A stretch of 61,847 bases of DNA from Gemmatimonadota bacterium (lineage in GTDB: Bacteria > Gemmatimonadota > Gemmatimonadetes > Palauibacterales > Palauibacteraceae). The notes beneath the pieces are model-generated. The model made no database searches and was not told where the DNA came from. It saw only the letters and a list, made by a program, of their open reading frames with translations. The position numbers and the translations under genes were made by a program. This document shows, piece by piece, positions 48,867 through 57,557 of the stretch. The stretch lies in contig JBHIAV010000014.1 in the NCBI GenBank assembly GCA_046758745.1, positions 1 through 61,847 on the forward strand, read 5' to 3'. How positions within the stretch are numbered: the first letter of the stretch is position 1; each line of letters begins with the position of its first letter.

Positions 48867-50929
48867 GCTCCGCCCTCGAGTCGCGCCCGAAGCTGCGAGA
48901 AGACCTCAAGATCGTGAGGCGGGAGGTCCGCGGTAAGGTCCACTACATCGTGAAGCTGCCGGCCGAGGGCAAGTACTTCCAGTTCGGAGAGACGGAAGTC
49001 CGCCTCATGGAGCTCATGGACGGCCGCCGCACTCCGGAGAGAATCGCCGACGCCGCCCGGGAGGTCCTGGGCGCCCGTCCGCACGCCGGCCAAGTGGCCG
49101 ATTTCGCCCACAGGCTGAAGCGACTCGGGCTGGTGGAGCGGACTCCGGTCGAGAAGCACCTGATGCTGATGGAGCACCTCCGGGCCCAGCGGAAGGTGAG
49201 GACGCGGCGCCGCGCCAAGGGATCCATCCTCAGGCTCACCTTCTCGATCGGGGACCCCGACCGATGGTTCGAGCGGGTGGTCGCACGCCTCGGATGGGTG
49301 TGGTCCCCCGCGTTCGTCGGGGCGTCGGTCGCCCTCTTCGCGGTGTACTTCCTCATCCTCGGCTACCGGTGGGACGAGTTCTGGGAGGGGACCGCCGGGC
49401 TCGTAACGCTCTCGGGCTTCGGGGCGACGGACTGGATTCTCTTCTACCTCATCGTGCTGGTGGTGAGCGTGATCCACGAGCTCGGCCACGGTCTCACCAC
49501 CAAGTACTTCGGAGGGGAGGTGCACGAGATCGGGGCCATGGTGCTGTACTTCAGCCCCGCGCTCTTCTGCAACACGAACGATGCATGGACGTTCGAGCGG
49601 CGCTCGCATCGCCTGTGGGTGACCTTCGCCGGGCCGTGGATCGAGCTCGTGCTCACCGCGCTGGCAGCGATCGTTTGGGTGACGACGGAGCCGGGAACTC
49701 TTCTCCACCTCCTCGCCTTCCTCGCCGTGCTGGCAGGCGGGATCGTGGCGGTGGTGATGAACTTCAACCCCCTCCTCCCCCTGGACGGCTACTACGCGCT
49801 CTCCGACTGGCTGGAGATCCCCAATCTGCGGGGGCGCGCCTTCGCCTACTGGGGATGGATCGGGAAGCGCTTTCTCCTCGGGGTGGACGCGCCGCCTCCC
49901 CCCGCGACCCCACGCGAGCGGAGGATCCTGATCGTGTACGGCGGCTTGGCCCTGCTGTACAGCGCCCTCACCGTGGCGCTCTCCCTCTGGTGGCTCATCA
50001 GCGTCGTTGGCCGCTTCCTCGGCCCGTGGGTGTGGGTGATCCTCGCGGTCATCGCCGGCAGGGTGGTGCTGCGCCTCGCCGGACGCTCCCGCATGCTCGC
50101 CCTCGCCGCCAGCACCGCATGGCAGGCGGGATTCCTCCGCGGGCGGCGGGCCGCCCTGCTGACCGCAGGAACCGTCCTCCTGGTCGGCCTCCCGTTCGCG
50201 ATCCCGTGGACGCTGCGGGCCCGGGGGGAGTTCCTCGTGGAGGCCGCTCCCCGCGTCCAGGTGCGGGCCGAGGCGCCGGGCATGCTGGATCGGCTTCACG
50301 TGCGGGAGGGCGACACGGTAAGCGCCGGGCAGTCCCTCGCGACGCTGTGGAGCCCGGAGCTGGAGGCGACGTTCGCGGCGGCTGTGGCGCGCCTCGAGCG
50401 GCTCCGCTTGACGCGTGCGCAGGGGGGGAGCCGGGACGATCTCCCGATGGCCGCCTCGGCGGAGGCCAGCCTGGAGGGAGCGCAGCGGGAGTTCGAGGTG
50501 GTCCGCGCCGAGAGGGAGCACTTGGCGATCCTCTCCCCCATCGACGGAGTCGTGCTCGGCTACCGGCTCCGGGAGCACCTCGGGCAGGCCGTCGAGCGCG
50601 GCGAGCTGTTGCTGGAGGTGGCCCCGATCGACGCCCGCACGGCGCGAGTGCGGGTGCCGATGAAGTGGGCCGGGGAGCTGGCAGCCGGACAGCGCGCGAA
50701 CCTGAAGCTCTCGGCGGCGGCCCACCTGAAGTTCCGGGGGACGGTCGCCAGGGTCGCCCCGGCGGCCGAGGAAGGCTGGCTGGAGGTCGAGGTCCCCTTC
50801 CCGACCGGGGGCTGGCTGCCGGCGCCGGGGATGATCGGCATCGCCAAGATCGCCACCCGCCGGACCACCGTGGCGGGCGCGATCGTGCGCGCGTGGCGAC
50901 AGACGGTGCGGAGCGAGCTGTGGCTCTGA
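48863..50929 (+). CDS. RRE/PqqD-like domain + M50 (site-2) intramembrane metalloprotease + HlyD fusion
   Basis: N-terminal beta3-alpha3-like YIVKLP..KYFQFG..LMDGRRT..IA..LGLVE; HELGH; NFNPLLPLDGYY; C-terminal VREGD.V..SPIDGVV..PGM. Confidence 0.88.
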   Translation: MSSALESRPKLREDLKIVRREVRGKVHYIVKLPAEGKYFQFGETEVRLMELMDGRRTPERIADAAREVLGARPHAGQVADFAHRLKRLGLVERTPVEKHLMLMEHLRAQRKVRTRRRAKGSILRLTFSIGDPDRWFERVVARLGWVWSPAFVGASVALFAVYFLILGYRWDEFWEGTAGLVTLSGFGATDWILFYLIVLVVSVIHELGHGLTTKYFGGEVHEIGAMVLYFSPALFCNTNDAWTFERRSHRLWVTFAGPWIELVLTALAAIVWVTTEPGTLLHLLAFLAVLAGGIVAVVMNFNPLLPLDGYYALSDWLEIPNLRGRAFAYWGWIGKRFLLGVDAPPPPATPRERRILIVYGGLALLYSALTVALSLWWLISVVGRFLGPWVWVILAVIAGRVVLRLAGRSRMLALAASTAWQAGFLRGRRAALLTAGTVLLVGLPFAIPWTLRARGEFLVEAAPRVQVRAEAPGMLDRLHVREGDTVSAGQSLATLWSPELEATFAAAVARLERLRLTRAQGGSRDDLPMAASAEASLEGAQREFEVVRAEREHLAILSPIDGVVLGYRLREHLGQAVERGELLLEVAPIDARTARVRVPMKWAGELAAGQRANLKLSAAAHLKFRGTVARVAPAAEEGWLEVEVPFPTGGWLPAPGMIGIAKIATRRTTVAGAIVRAWRQTVRSELWL

Positions 50930-51636
50930 GCCGGCAGCAGCAGCACGAGGAGCTGCTGAGCGCGGCGCGCGACTTCTCCTTCCTGAAGGGGGCGGACGAG
51001 TCGGCCCTCGAGGAGTTGGCCGCTCTCGCCGTCTGCCACGACTATCCGAAGAACAACATCCTCTTCTACCGGGGAGAGCCGGCGGGACCCGTATTGCTCG
51101 TCGTGAAGGGCAGGGTGAAGCTGATCCTGGACAACGAGGAGGGGCGCGAGGTCGTGGTGAGGCTGCTGAGACCCGGCGGGCTCTTCGGACTGATCGCGGC
51201 GCTGGACGGCGGTCCGCAGGCGGCTACGGCGGTGGCGGTCACCAAGTCGCGGCTCGCCAGGTTCGAGGGCGACGCCTTCGTCGGGTGGATGACCCGTCAT
51301 CAGGTGACGCACGAGACGTTCCTGCGGGAGTTCGGGCAGCGGGTGCGGGAGGCATATCACAGGATCGGGGAGCACGCCCTGCTCGGCGTGAAGGAGCGGC
51401 TGTGGTCCACCCTGCTCGAGATCGCCGAGCGGGAGGGCGAGCCGGACCCCGGGAGCGAGGAGATCGTCTTCACCCGGCCGACGCACCAGGAGCTGGCGCA
51501 CCGGATCGGCTCCAGCCGGGAGGTCGTCACGCGCCTCCTCAAAGAGCTCCTGGAGAGCGATCTCCTCGAGGCCGAGGGCCGGGTGATCCGCGTCTCGGAG
51601 TCCGCCCTCATCCTGCACGACGAGCTGGCCGATTGA
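50920..51636 (+). CDS. Crp/Fnr-family transcriptional regulator
   Basis: cNMP-binding fold ILFYRGEP..VKGRVKL..EGREVV..PGGLFG; HTH THQELAHRIGSSREVVTR; buried in the 49264-51636 ORF, GTG 50920 start. Confidence 0.92.
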   Translation: MALSRQQQHEELLSAARDFSFLKGADESALEELAALAVCHDYPKNNILFYRGEPAGPVLLVVKGRVKLILDNEEGREVVVRLLRPGGLFGLIAALDGGPQAATAVAVTKSRLARFEGDAFVGWMTRHQVTHETFLREFGQRVREAYHRIGEHALLGVKERLWSTLLEIAEREGEPDPGSEEIVFTRPTHQELAHRIGSSREVVTRLLKELLESDLLEAEGRVIRVSESALILHDELAD

Positions 51637-51722
51637 GCCGCGCAGGACGCGTGCGAGGGGCCGGCGGCCCGGCGAAGCGCCCCGGCCGGGCGACGCCTGC
51701 GAGGCGGGTTCGTCGCCGGAAG

Positions 51723-51738
51723 TGTGACGAACGTCACA
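51723..51738. promoter_or_regulatory. CRP-type operator TGTGA-N6-TCACA
   Basis: TGTGA CGAACG TCACA, perfect consensus, directly downstream of crp gene. Confidence 0.8.
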
Positions 51739-51942
51739 TGGTTCCGGCTGCCGTCGTCACGTGTGCTTGCGCCCTGGGAGCACGGCCGGACCCCGGAGTC
51801 GGCGCACATCCGGCGGCCGCCTGCGGTCACGGTCCCCTCGTGCCGTCCGTCCTAACACCCTGGCGAGCGATCCGGTACCTTTGGATCGTCCGGCCCGACG
51901 GAAACATCGGGCAGCCCACCGATCCCAGCGCGGAGGCACACC

Positions 51943-52092
51943 GTGGAGAAGAAGGAGAAGATCCGCATCCAGCTCACCGAGGAGCAGAAGCGGCAGATCC
52001 GCGAGTCCACCGGGAAGGAGGCCGCGGCGATCGAGCTGACGGTCGAAGAGCTCGAGAACCGGGTCTCCCCGCGCCTGGCCAGGCCGCAGTAG
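51943..52092 (+). CDS. 49-aa putative precursor peptide MEKKEKIRIQLTEEQKRQIRESTGKEAAAIELTVEELENRVSPRLARPQ
   Basis: RBS GGAGG at 51932-36, GTG start, TAG at 52090-92, nearly all codons G/C-ending, own terminator; below ORF-track size cutoff. Confidence 0.85.
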   Translation: MEKKEKIRIQLTEEQKRQIRESTGKEAAAIELTVEELENRVSPRLARPQ

Positions 52093-52117
52093 CGCCAGTT
52101 CCCTGTCTCAAGCCAAC

Positions 52118-52160
52118 ACGCGGGGTGGCCGCTTCGGCGGTCACCCCGCGTCGTCTTTTC
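52118..52160 (+). terminator. Intrinsic terminator after peptide gene
   Basis: ACGCGGGGTGGCCGC-TTCG-GCGGTCACCCCGCGT then CGTCTTTTC. Confidence 0.75.
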
Positions 52161-52180
52161 CACCACCACCCGTCCGCACC

Positions 52181-55100
52181 GTGACCCACCCGCTCCCCGA
52201 AGGCAGCGCCGCCTGCCCGGAGTGCGGGGCCCGGTGCTCACCGGATGCCGCCTTCTGCTCCGCGTGCGGCGTGAATCTCGGCTCGCTCGGGGTGGAGGCG
52301 GAGCGTCGGGTGATCACGGTGATGTTCGCCGATCTCTCGGGCTTCACGCCGCTCACCGAGCGCCTCGACGCGGAGGAGGTGCACGCGCTCATCGCCAGCT
52401 TCCTGCACCCCCTGTGCGACTGCGTGACGCGGTGGGGCGGCTTCGTCGACAAGTTCATCGGGGACTGCGTGATGTCGCTCTTCGGCGCCCCGCTCGCGTA
52501 CGAGAACGAGCCGGAGCGCGCCGTGCGGGCGGCGCTCGACATGCACGCCGCGCTCCACCGATGGGCCGAGGAGGGGGGGCCGGGGGGGGCGAAGATCGAT
52601 CCGTCGTCCCTCCAGCTCAGCATCGGGATCAACACCGGCCCGGTGGTGACGGGGCTCTTCTCGGGTGGGGGCGCCCGGGACTACACGGCGATCGGGGACA
52701 CGGTGAACGTCGCCTCTCGCCTCCAGGGGGTGTGCGCGCCGGGGCAGATCCTGGTGGGGCCGGACACGTACGAGCAGACGAAGCACGTGTTCGAGTACGG
52801 AGGGGCGCAGCTCCTCCGCGTGAAGGGACGGCGCGAGCCGGTGGGCGCTCGCTACGTGGTCGGGTTGCGGGCGGAACGGGGCGAGGTTCGCGGCTTCCGC
52901 GGACGCCGAATCCCCCTGGTGGGGCGCGCTCGCGAGCTGGAAGAGCTTCGGGAGCGGTGGAGGAGCGCGTCGCAGGGTCGGTTCGAGCTCTGCGTGCTGT
53001 CGGGCGCTCCCGGCATCGGCAAGTCACGCCTCCTCGAAGAGCTGGTGCGCGTCGAGGGGCTCGAGCCCGAGGAGGTGGCCACCTCCCGCTGCTATCCGTA
53101 CGCGCGCAGCACCCCCTGGGAGCCGGTGGCCGAGCTGATCCGCGACCTGCACGGCCTCCCGCCGGACTGTCCGGCCGCCGAGGCCGCCGCGGCGATCGTG
53201 CACGGCACGCCAGGCGACTGGCTGCCCGACGATGCGGCGGTCCTCGCCGTAGTCCTCGGGGGCTCGGCGGAGGGGGTGCCGCGGCTCGAGGACCAGGGCC
53301 CCGAGGAGCGCCTGGCCAGCCTCGCCGGCGCGGTGGCCCGCGCCCTCGGCACGAGCGAGGCCGGACCCCGCCTGCTCATCGCGGAAGACCTGCACTGGGC
53401 CGACCGGACGACGCTGGAGTTCCTGCACCGTGTGCCCGACCTCGAGATCCCGGGTCCCATGCTGATGGTTCTCGTCACGCGGCCGCCCGTGCCCGGAGAG
53501 CGGCTCATCGCCCGACTCCTCGACCGCATCGAGGCGCGCGTCGAGCTCGGCCCCCTGCCGCAGGAGGTGTCGCGGGAGCTCATCGACGCGCTGCTCGGTT
53601 TCCACCGGCTTCCCGACGAGCTGGTGCGGCTGATCGTCGAGCGGGGTGACGGCAACCCCCTGTTCATCGAGGAGATCCTCAAGTCCCTGGTGGAGCGGGG
53701 CGATCTCCGCCTCGAAGGCGGGGTGTGGCGGACGTCTCTCGATGGCCGGAGCCTCGGGGCTCAGGTCCCCGATTCCATCGAGACCCTCATGAGCACCCGG
53801 ATCGACCAGCTCGATCAGTCCACCAAGCGGGTGCTCCAGTACGCGGCGATCGTCGGGCGGCGCTTCTGGTCCGGGGTGGTGGCCGACGTCATGGCGCGCA
53901 AGCCGGTCGATCGCGAGCTCGACGACCTCGTCGAGAGCCATTTCGTGCGTCCCGAGTCGGATTCGCTCGTCTCCGGAGACAAGGAGTTCATGTTCGAGCA
54001 CCTCCTGCTCCAGGAGGTGGCCTACGACGGCCTCCTGCGCGGGCTGCGGGCCCAGCTTCACGGAGCCGTCGCCGCGTGGCTGGAAGAGCATCTGGCGGAT
54101 CGGTCCCCGGAGTACGACGACTGGGTGGCCTACCACCACGAGCGCTCGAAGGAGCCGGGACGGGCTCTTCCCTTCCTGGAACGGGCCGCCGCGCGGGCGA
54201 GCGCGCGGGGCGCCCTGCTGGACGCGGCTTCGCTGGCCGAGCGCGCACTCGCGGTGGCCCCGGGGCCGCAGGAGCAGCTTCGTCTTCTCGGACTGGTGGA
54301 AGAGATCGCCGCCGTGATGGGGGACGAGAAGCGGCGCGAGGAGGCGATCGAGGAGCTCGAGGCGCTTGCTCGCCTGCATGGGGACGAGGCGATCGGGGCG
54401 GAGGCAGGATACAGGCGGGCCCGGCGCCTCCTCGCCACGGGAGAGCTGGCTCGGGCGCGCGCGGTCGCCGAAGAGGCGATGGCGACGTTCGAGGGGCTCA
54501 AGAACATCGACAGGCAGGGAGACTGTGCCGCGCTGCTCGGCAGGGTGGCGCACCTGTGGGGGGAGTACCCGGAAGCCCTCGCGCGCTACAGGTCGGCTCT
54601 GCCTCCACAGCGCGAGGTCGGCGATCGGCAGGGCGAGGCGGAGATACTCGATCGGCTGGGCCTCGTGGAGATCGACCGCGGCGACTTCACGCGGGCCCTC
54701 GACTACTTCGAGACCGCCGCCGAGCTCTTCCGGCTGCTGGGCAACCGGCCGATGGAATCCCGCGTGCTGGCCCACCGGGCGACCGCGGTGCGATGGCTCG
54801 GCCTCCTGGAGGAAGCCGAGGCGCTCGCCGGCGAGGCGGGAGCGATCGCCCGCTCCTGCGGATCGCGGCGTGCCGGGGCCTCCGCGGAGCTGACGCTGGG
54901 CATCGTGCTGGTCGCCATGGGGCGCCGCGAGGAAGCGACGGCGATCCTGGCCGAGGTGTGCCGCCGTGCGGAGGAGCTTCGGCGTCCGGGGCTCGCGGCG
55001 CGGGCCTGGCTCGCCCTCGGGGAGCTGGAAAGCGGCGAGGAGGGGCTGCGGTGCCTCGCCCGCGCGCGGGAGGCGGCGCGGGGAGCCGGGCTCGTGCACA

Positions 55101-55429
55101 TCGCCATCCTGGCCGCGAGCCGCGAGGCGGAGCTGGCGCTGGAGAGTGGAGACACCGCGGCGGCGGACCGCGCCTCCCGCGAGGCGATCGAGGGACTTCG
55201 TCGGCACGGCAACATCCAGGGTCCGGAGGAGGAGGTGCTCTACACGCGAGCGCGAGCGCTCCTCGCGCTCGGACGCGACGGGGAGGGGCGCGATCTCCTC
55301 CGCGAGGCCCGCGAGGCCATCCACCACAAGGCAGGACTGATCGAGGATCCCGAGCTGCGCCGGCGTTTCCTCGATGAGGTCACGATGAACCGCCAGATCC
55401 TCGGCGCGCCCAGCCAGGCAGCGAGATGA
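52181..55429 (+). CDS. Zn-ribbon + class III adenylyl cyclase + STAND-type ATPase + TPR protein
   Basis: CPECG..CSACG; FADLSGFT, DKFIGD, YTAIGDTVNVASRL; Walker A GAPGIGKS; EDLHWAD; GNPLFIEE; TPRs. Confidence 0.92.
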   Translation: MTHPLPEGSAACPECGARCSPDAAFCSACGVNLGSLGVEAERRVITVMFADLSGFTPLTERLDAEEVHALIASFLHPLCDCVTRWGGFVDKFIGDCVMSLFGAPLAYENEPERAVRAALDMHAALHRWAEEGGPGGAKIDPSSLQLSIGINTGPVVTGLFSGGGARDYTAIGDTVNVASRLQGVCAPGQILVGPDTYEQTKHVFEYGGAQLLRVKGRREPVGARYVVGLRAERGEVRGFRGRRIPLVGRARELEELRERWRSASQGRFELCVLSGAPGIGKSRLLEELVRVEGLEPEEVATSRCYPYARSTPWEPVAELIRDLHGLPPDCPAAEAAAAIVHGTPGDWLPDDAAVLAVVLGGSAEGVPRLEDQGPEERLASLAGAVARALGTSEAGPRLLIAEDLHWADRTTLEFLHRVPDLEIPGPMLMVLVTRPPVPGERLIARLLDRIEARVELGPLPQEVSRELIDALLGFHRLPDELVRLIVERGDGNPLFIEEILKSLVERGDLRLEGGVWRTSLDGRSLGAQVPDSIETLMSTRIDQLDQSTKRVLQYAAIVGRRFWSGVVADVMARKPVDRELDDLVESHFVRPESDSLVSGDKEFMFEHLLLQEVAYDGLLRGLRAQLHGAVAAWLEEHLADRSPEYDDWVAYHHERSKEPGRALPFLERAAARASARGALLDAASLAERALAVAPGPQEQLRLLGLVEEIAAVMGDEKRREEAIEELEALARLHGDEAIGAEAGYRRARRLLATGELARARAVAEEAMATFEGLKNIDRQGDCAALLGRVAHLWGEYPEALARYRSALPPQREVGDRQGEAEILDRLGLVEIDRGDFTRALDYFETAAELFRLLGNRPMESRVLAHRATAVRWLGLLEEAEALAGEAGAIARSCGSRRAGASAELTLGIVLVAMGRREEATAILAEVCRRAEELRRPGLAARAWLALGELESGEEGLRCLARAREAARGAGLVHIAILAASREAELALESGDTAAADRASREAIEGLRRHGNIQGPEEEVLYTRARALLALGRDGEGRDLLREAREAIHHKAGLIEDPELRRRFLDEVTMNRQILGAPSQAAR

Positions 55430-55443
55430 GAAGGCAGGCGAAG

Positions 55444-55577
55444 GGCGACGCTTCGGCGCGCCGGGACGACCCGGCCCGCTCGGGCGCTCCGGCCCACGGG
55501 AATGCCTCGGTCCGTCCGGACGGCCCGGCCCGTTGGGGCGCTCCGGCCCACGGCGACGGTTCGGTCCATCCGGACGC
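55444..55577. repeat. Intergenic tandem repeat, about 2.5 x 54 bp
   Basis: Units 55464-55517 and 55518-55571 (GGACG.CCCGGCCCG.T.GGGCGCTCCGGCCCACGG...). Confidence 0.8.
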
Positions 55578-55595
55578 CCCGGAGCGGAGAGCCCC

Positions 55596-55985
55596 GTGAC
55601 GCAGGATTGGGCGATTCTGCTCCTCGGCCTGCTCGTCGCCCACTTCCTGGGTGACTTCACACCCCTCGCCACGGCCCGCATGCAGGAGGCCAAGGCGAAC
55701 GCGGGCCCCATGTCGCAGGTCGCCGCGCACGCCGCCGTGCACGGGCTGCTCGTCGGCCTCGTGGTCGCGCTCCTGTCGGTCTCGAGCTGGGGGCTGATCG
55801 CCGCGGCGGCGGGGATCGAGTTCGCGACGCACTTCCTGATCGATGCCGCCCGTGCCCGCGCCGGCTTGTACGTGGCGACGCTCCGGGATCCAGCGCGTCC
55901 GGCGTTCTGGCGCGTCCTCGGCGCGGACCAGCTCGCCCACCAGCTCGTTCTCGTCTTCCTGGCGGTCCTGGTCCTGAGGGCCTGA
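55596..55985 (+). CDS. DUF3307-family membrane protein
   Basis: AHFLGDF..H..VH..THFLID..DQLAH. Confidence 0.85.
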   Translation: MTQDWAILLLGLLVAHFLGDFTPLATARMQEAKANAGPMSQVAAHAAVHGLLVGLVVALLSVSSWGLIAAAAGIEFATHFLIDAARARAGLYVATLRDPARPAFWRVLGADQLAHQLVLVFLAVLVLRA

Positions 55986-56038
55986 AGAACCATCCGAAGG
56001 CCGGGCCGTGCCCTCGCGTGGAGCCGATGCATGGGTGC

Positions 56039-56608
56039 ATGCCGGTGAAGCGTTGCGAGTGGGCGGGTAGCGAGCTCATGAGACGCTACCACGACGAGGA
56101 GTGGGGCGTCCCGGTCCACGATGAGCGGACGCTGTTCGAGTTCCTCGTCCTCGAGGGAGCGCAGGCAGGACTCAGCTGGGAGACGATCCTCCGAAAGCGC
56201 GACGCCTACCGGGCCGCGTTCGACGCGTTCGACCCCGCAGCGGTGGCGCGCTACGGGCCGCGGAAGATCGCCAGTCTGCTCGGAGACGCCGGCATCGTGC
56301 GCAACCGCCTCAAGATCGAGTCCGCCGTACGGAACGCCCGCGCCTTCCTCCGCGTGCAGGAGGAGTTCGGAAGCTTCGACGCGTACATCTGGCGGTTCGT
56401 CGGCGGGCGGCCGCAGGTGAACGCGCGGCGATCACTGGAGGAGATCCCGGCCCGCAGCTCCAAGTCCGACGCGATGAGCGGGGATCTCCGGCATCGCGGC
56501 TTCAGCTTCGTCGGCTCGACGATCTGCTACGCCTTCATGCAGGCGACCGGGATGGTGAACGACCACGTGGTGAGCTGCTTTCGTTTCAGGGAGCTGGCAG
56601 AGAGGTAG
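56039..56608 (+). CDS. tag: DNA-3-methyladenine glycosylase I
   Basis: RCEW..YHDEEWG, LEGAQAGLSW, GIVRNRLKI, FVGSTICYAFMQATGMVNDHVVSC. Confidence 0.96.
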   Translation: MPVKRCEWAGSELMRRYHDEEWGVPVHDERTLFEFLVLEGAQAGLSWETILRKRDAYRAAFDAFDPAAVARYGPRKIASLLGDAGIVRNRLKIESAVRNARAFLRVQEEFGSFDAYIWRFVGGRPQVNARRSLEEIPARSSKSDAMSGDLRHRGFSFVGSTICYAFMQATGMVNDHVVSCFRFRELAER

Positions 56609-56854
56609 CCGGAGCATGGCGTCTGGCGGTCTGCCTGGCTTCCTGCAGCGGCGTCGCCCGGCATGCCGGCCTGCGCGTCGCGGGCCTTGGTCGCCGCCGG
56701 GCACGCTGGCCCGCGCGTCGCCGCCCGGCGTCGGCACCGGTGATCGCTTACCCGGTCGTCGCCGATCGCCCCCCGCCCGCTCCCCTTCAAGTGCACGCGC
56801 CATCGGGTTATGCTTTATCCGGCCCTCGCACCTCACCCCCAGCAAGGAGGCGCC

Positions 56855-57418
56855 ATGGTCCCGCTCGGCTCGCTCTGGCTGCCCATCATCCTCTCCGCCG
56901 TGATCGTCTTCTTCGCGGCCTTCGCTCTGCACACGATCGTCCCCCACCACCGGACCGACTACTCGAAGGCACCGGACGAGGAAGCACTTCTCGAGGCGCT
57001 TCGAAGTCAGGGAATCGGCCGCGGTCAATACCACTTCCCCCACGTCAGCAGCCCGGCGGAGATGAAGGACCCCGCATACGTGGAGAAGGCGGAGCGGGGA
57101 CCGATGGGACTGCTCTACGTGATGGAGCCCACGGTCGGTCCCAGCGGCAAGCAGCTCGGCCTCTACTTCGTCTACTGCGTCGGCGTCTCCGTCTTCGCCG
57201 GGTACCTGGCGGGCGCCACGCTGCCGGCCGGAGCGGCGTACCTGAGCGTCTTCCGGGTGGTAGGAACGGCGGCGATCCTCGGGTACGCGGGGGCGCTGTT
57301 CAGCGACGCCATCTGGTTCGGGCACACGTGGAGCAGCACCTGGAAGCACGTAATCGACGGCGTCATCTACGGGCTCCTGACCGCGGGGACGTTCGGGTGG
57401 CTGTGGCCGGCGGTGTAG
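56855..57418 (+). CDS. Hypothetical membrane protein (about 4 TM)
   Basis: RBS AAGGAGG; LWLPIILSAVIVF..PHH..; hydrophobic segments. Confidence 0.8.
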   Translation: MVPLGSLWLPIILSAVIVFFAAFALHTIVPHHRTDYSKAPDEEALLEALRSQGIGRGQYHFPHVSSPAEMKDPAYVEKAERGPMGLLYVMEPTVGPSGKQLGLYFVYCVGVSVFAGYLAGATLPAGAAYLSVFRVVGTAAILGYAGALFSDAIWFGHTWSSTWKHVIDGVIYGLLTAGTFGWLWPAV

Positions 57419-57557
57419 CGGTGCGATCGCGGGCGGTGCCCGCATCGGTCAACGTCTGGGGCGACTGACGCGCCGGCGGCGCGCCTGTATGTTGAGCCGG
57501 GAACGGGGTCGGCCGCCGCGCGGGGGCCGAGGTCGAACCACTTCGAACAGGGATGAC

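Noticed and set aside
47837-51636. ORF-track starts at 47837 (1030 aa) and 49264 (790 aa)
   Set aside because: N-terminal extensions are off-frame overlaps of upstream genes; true starts are GTG 48863 and GTG 50920
53024-56119. 1031-aa minus-strand ORF
   Set aside because: Antisense shadow of the cyclase and DUF3307 genes
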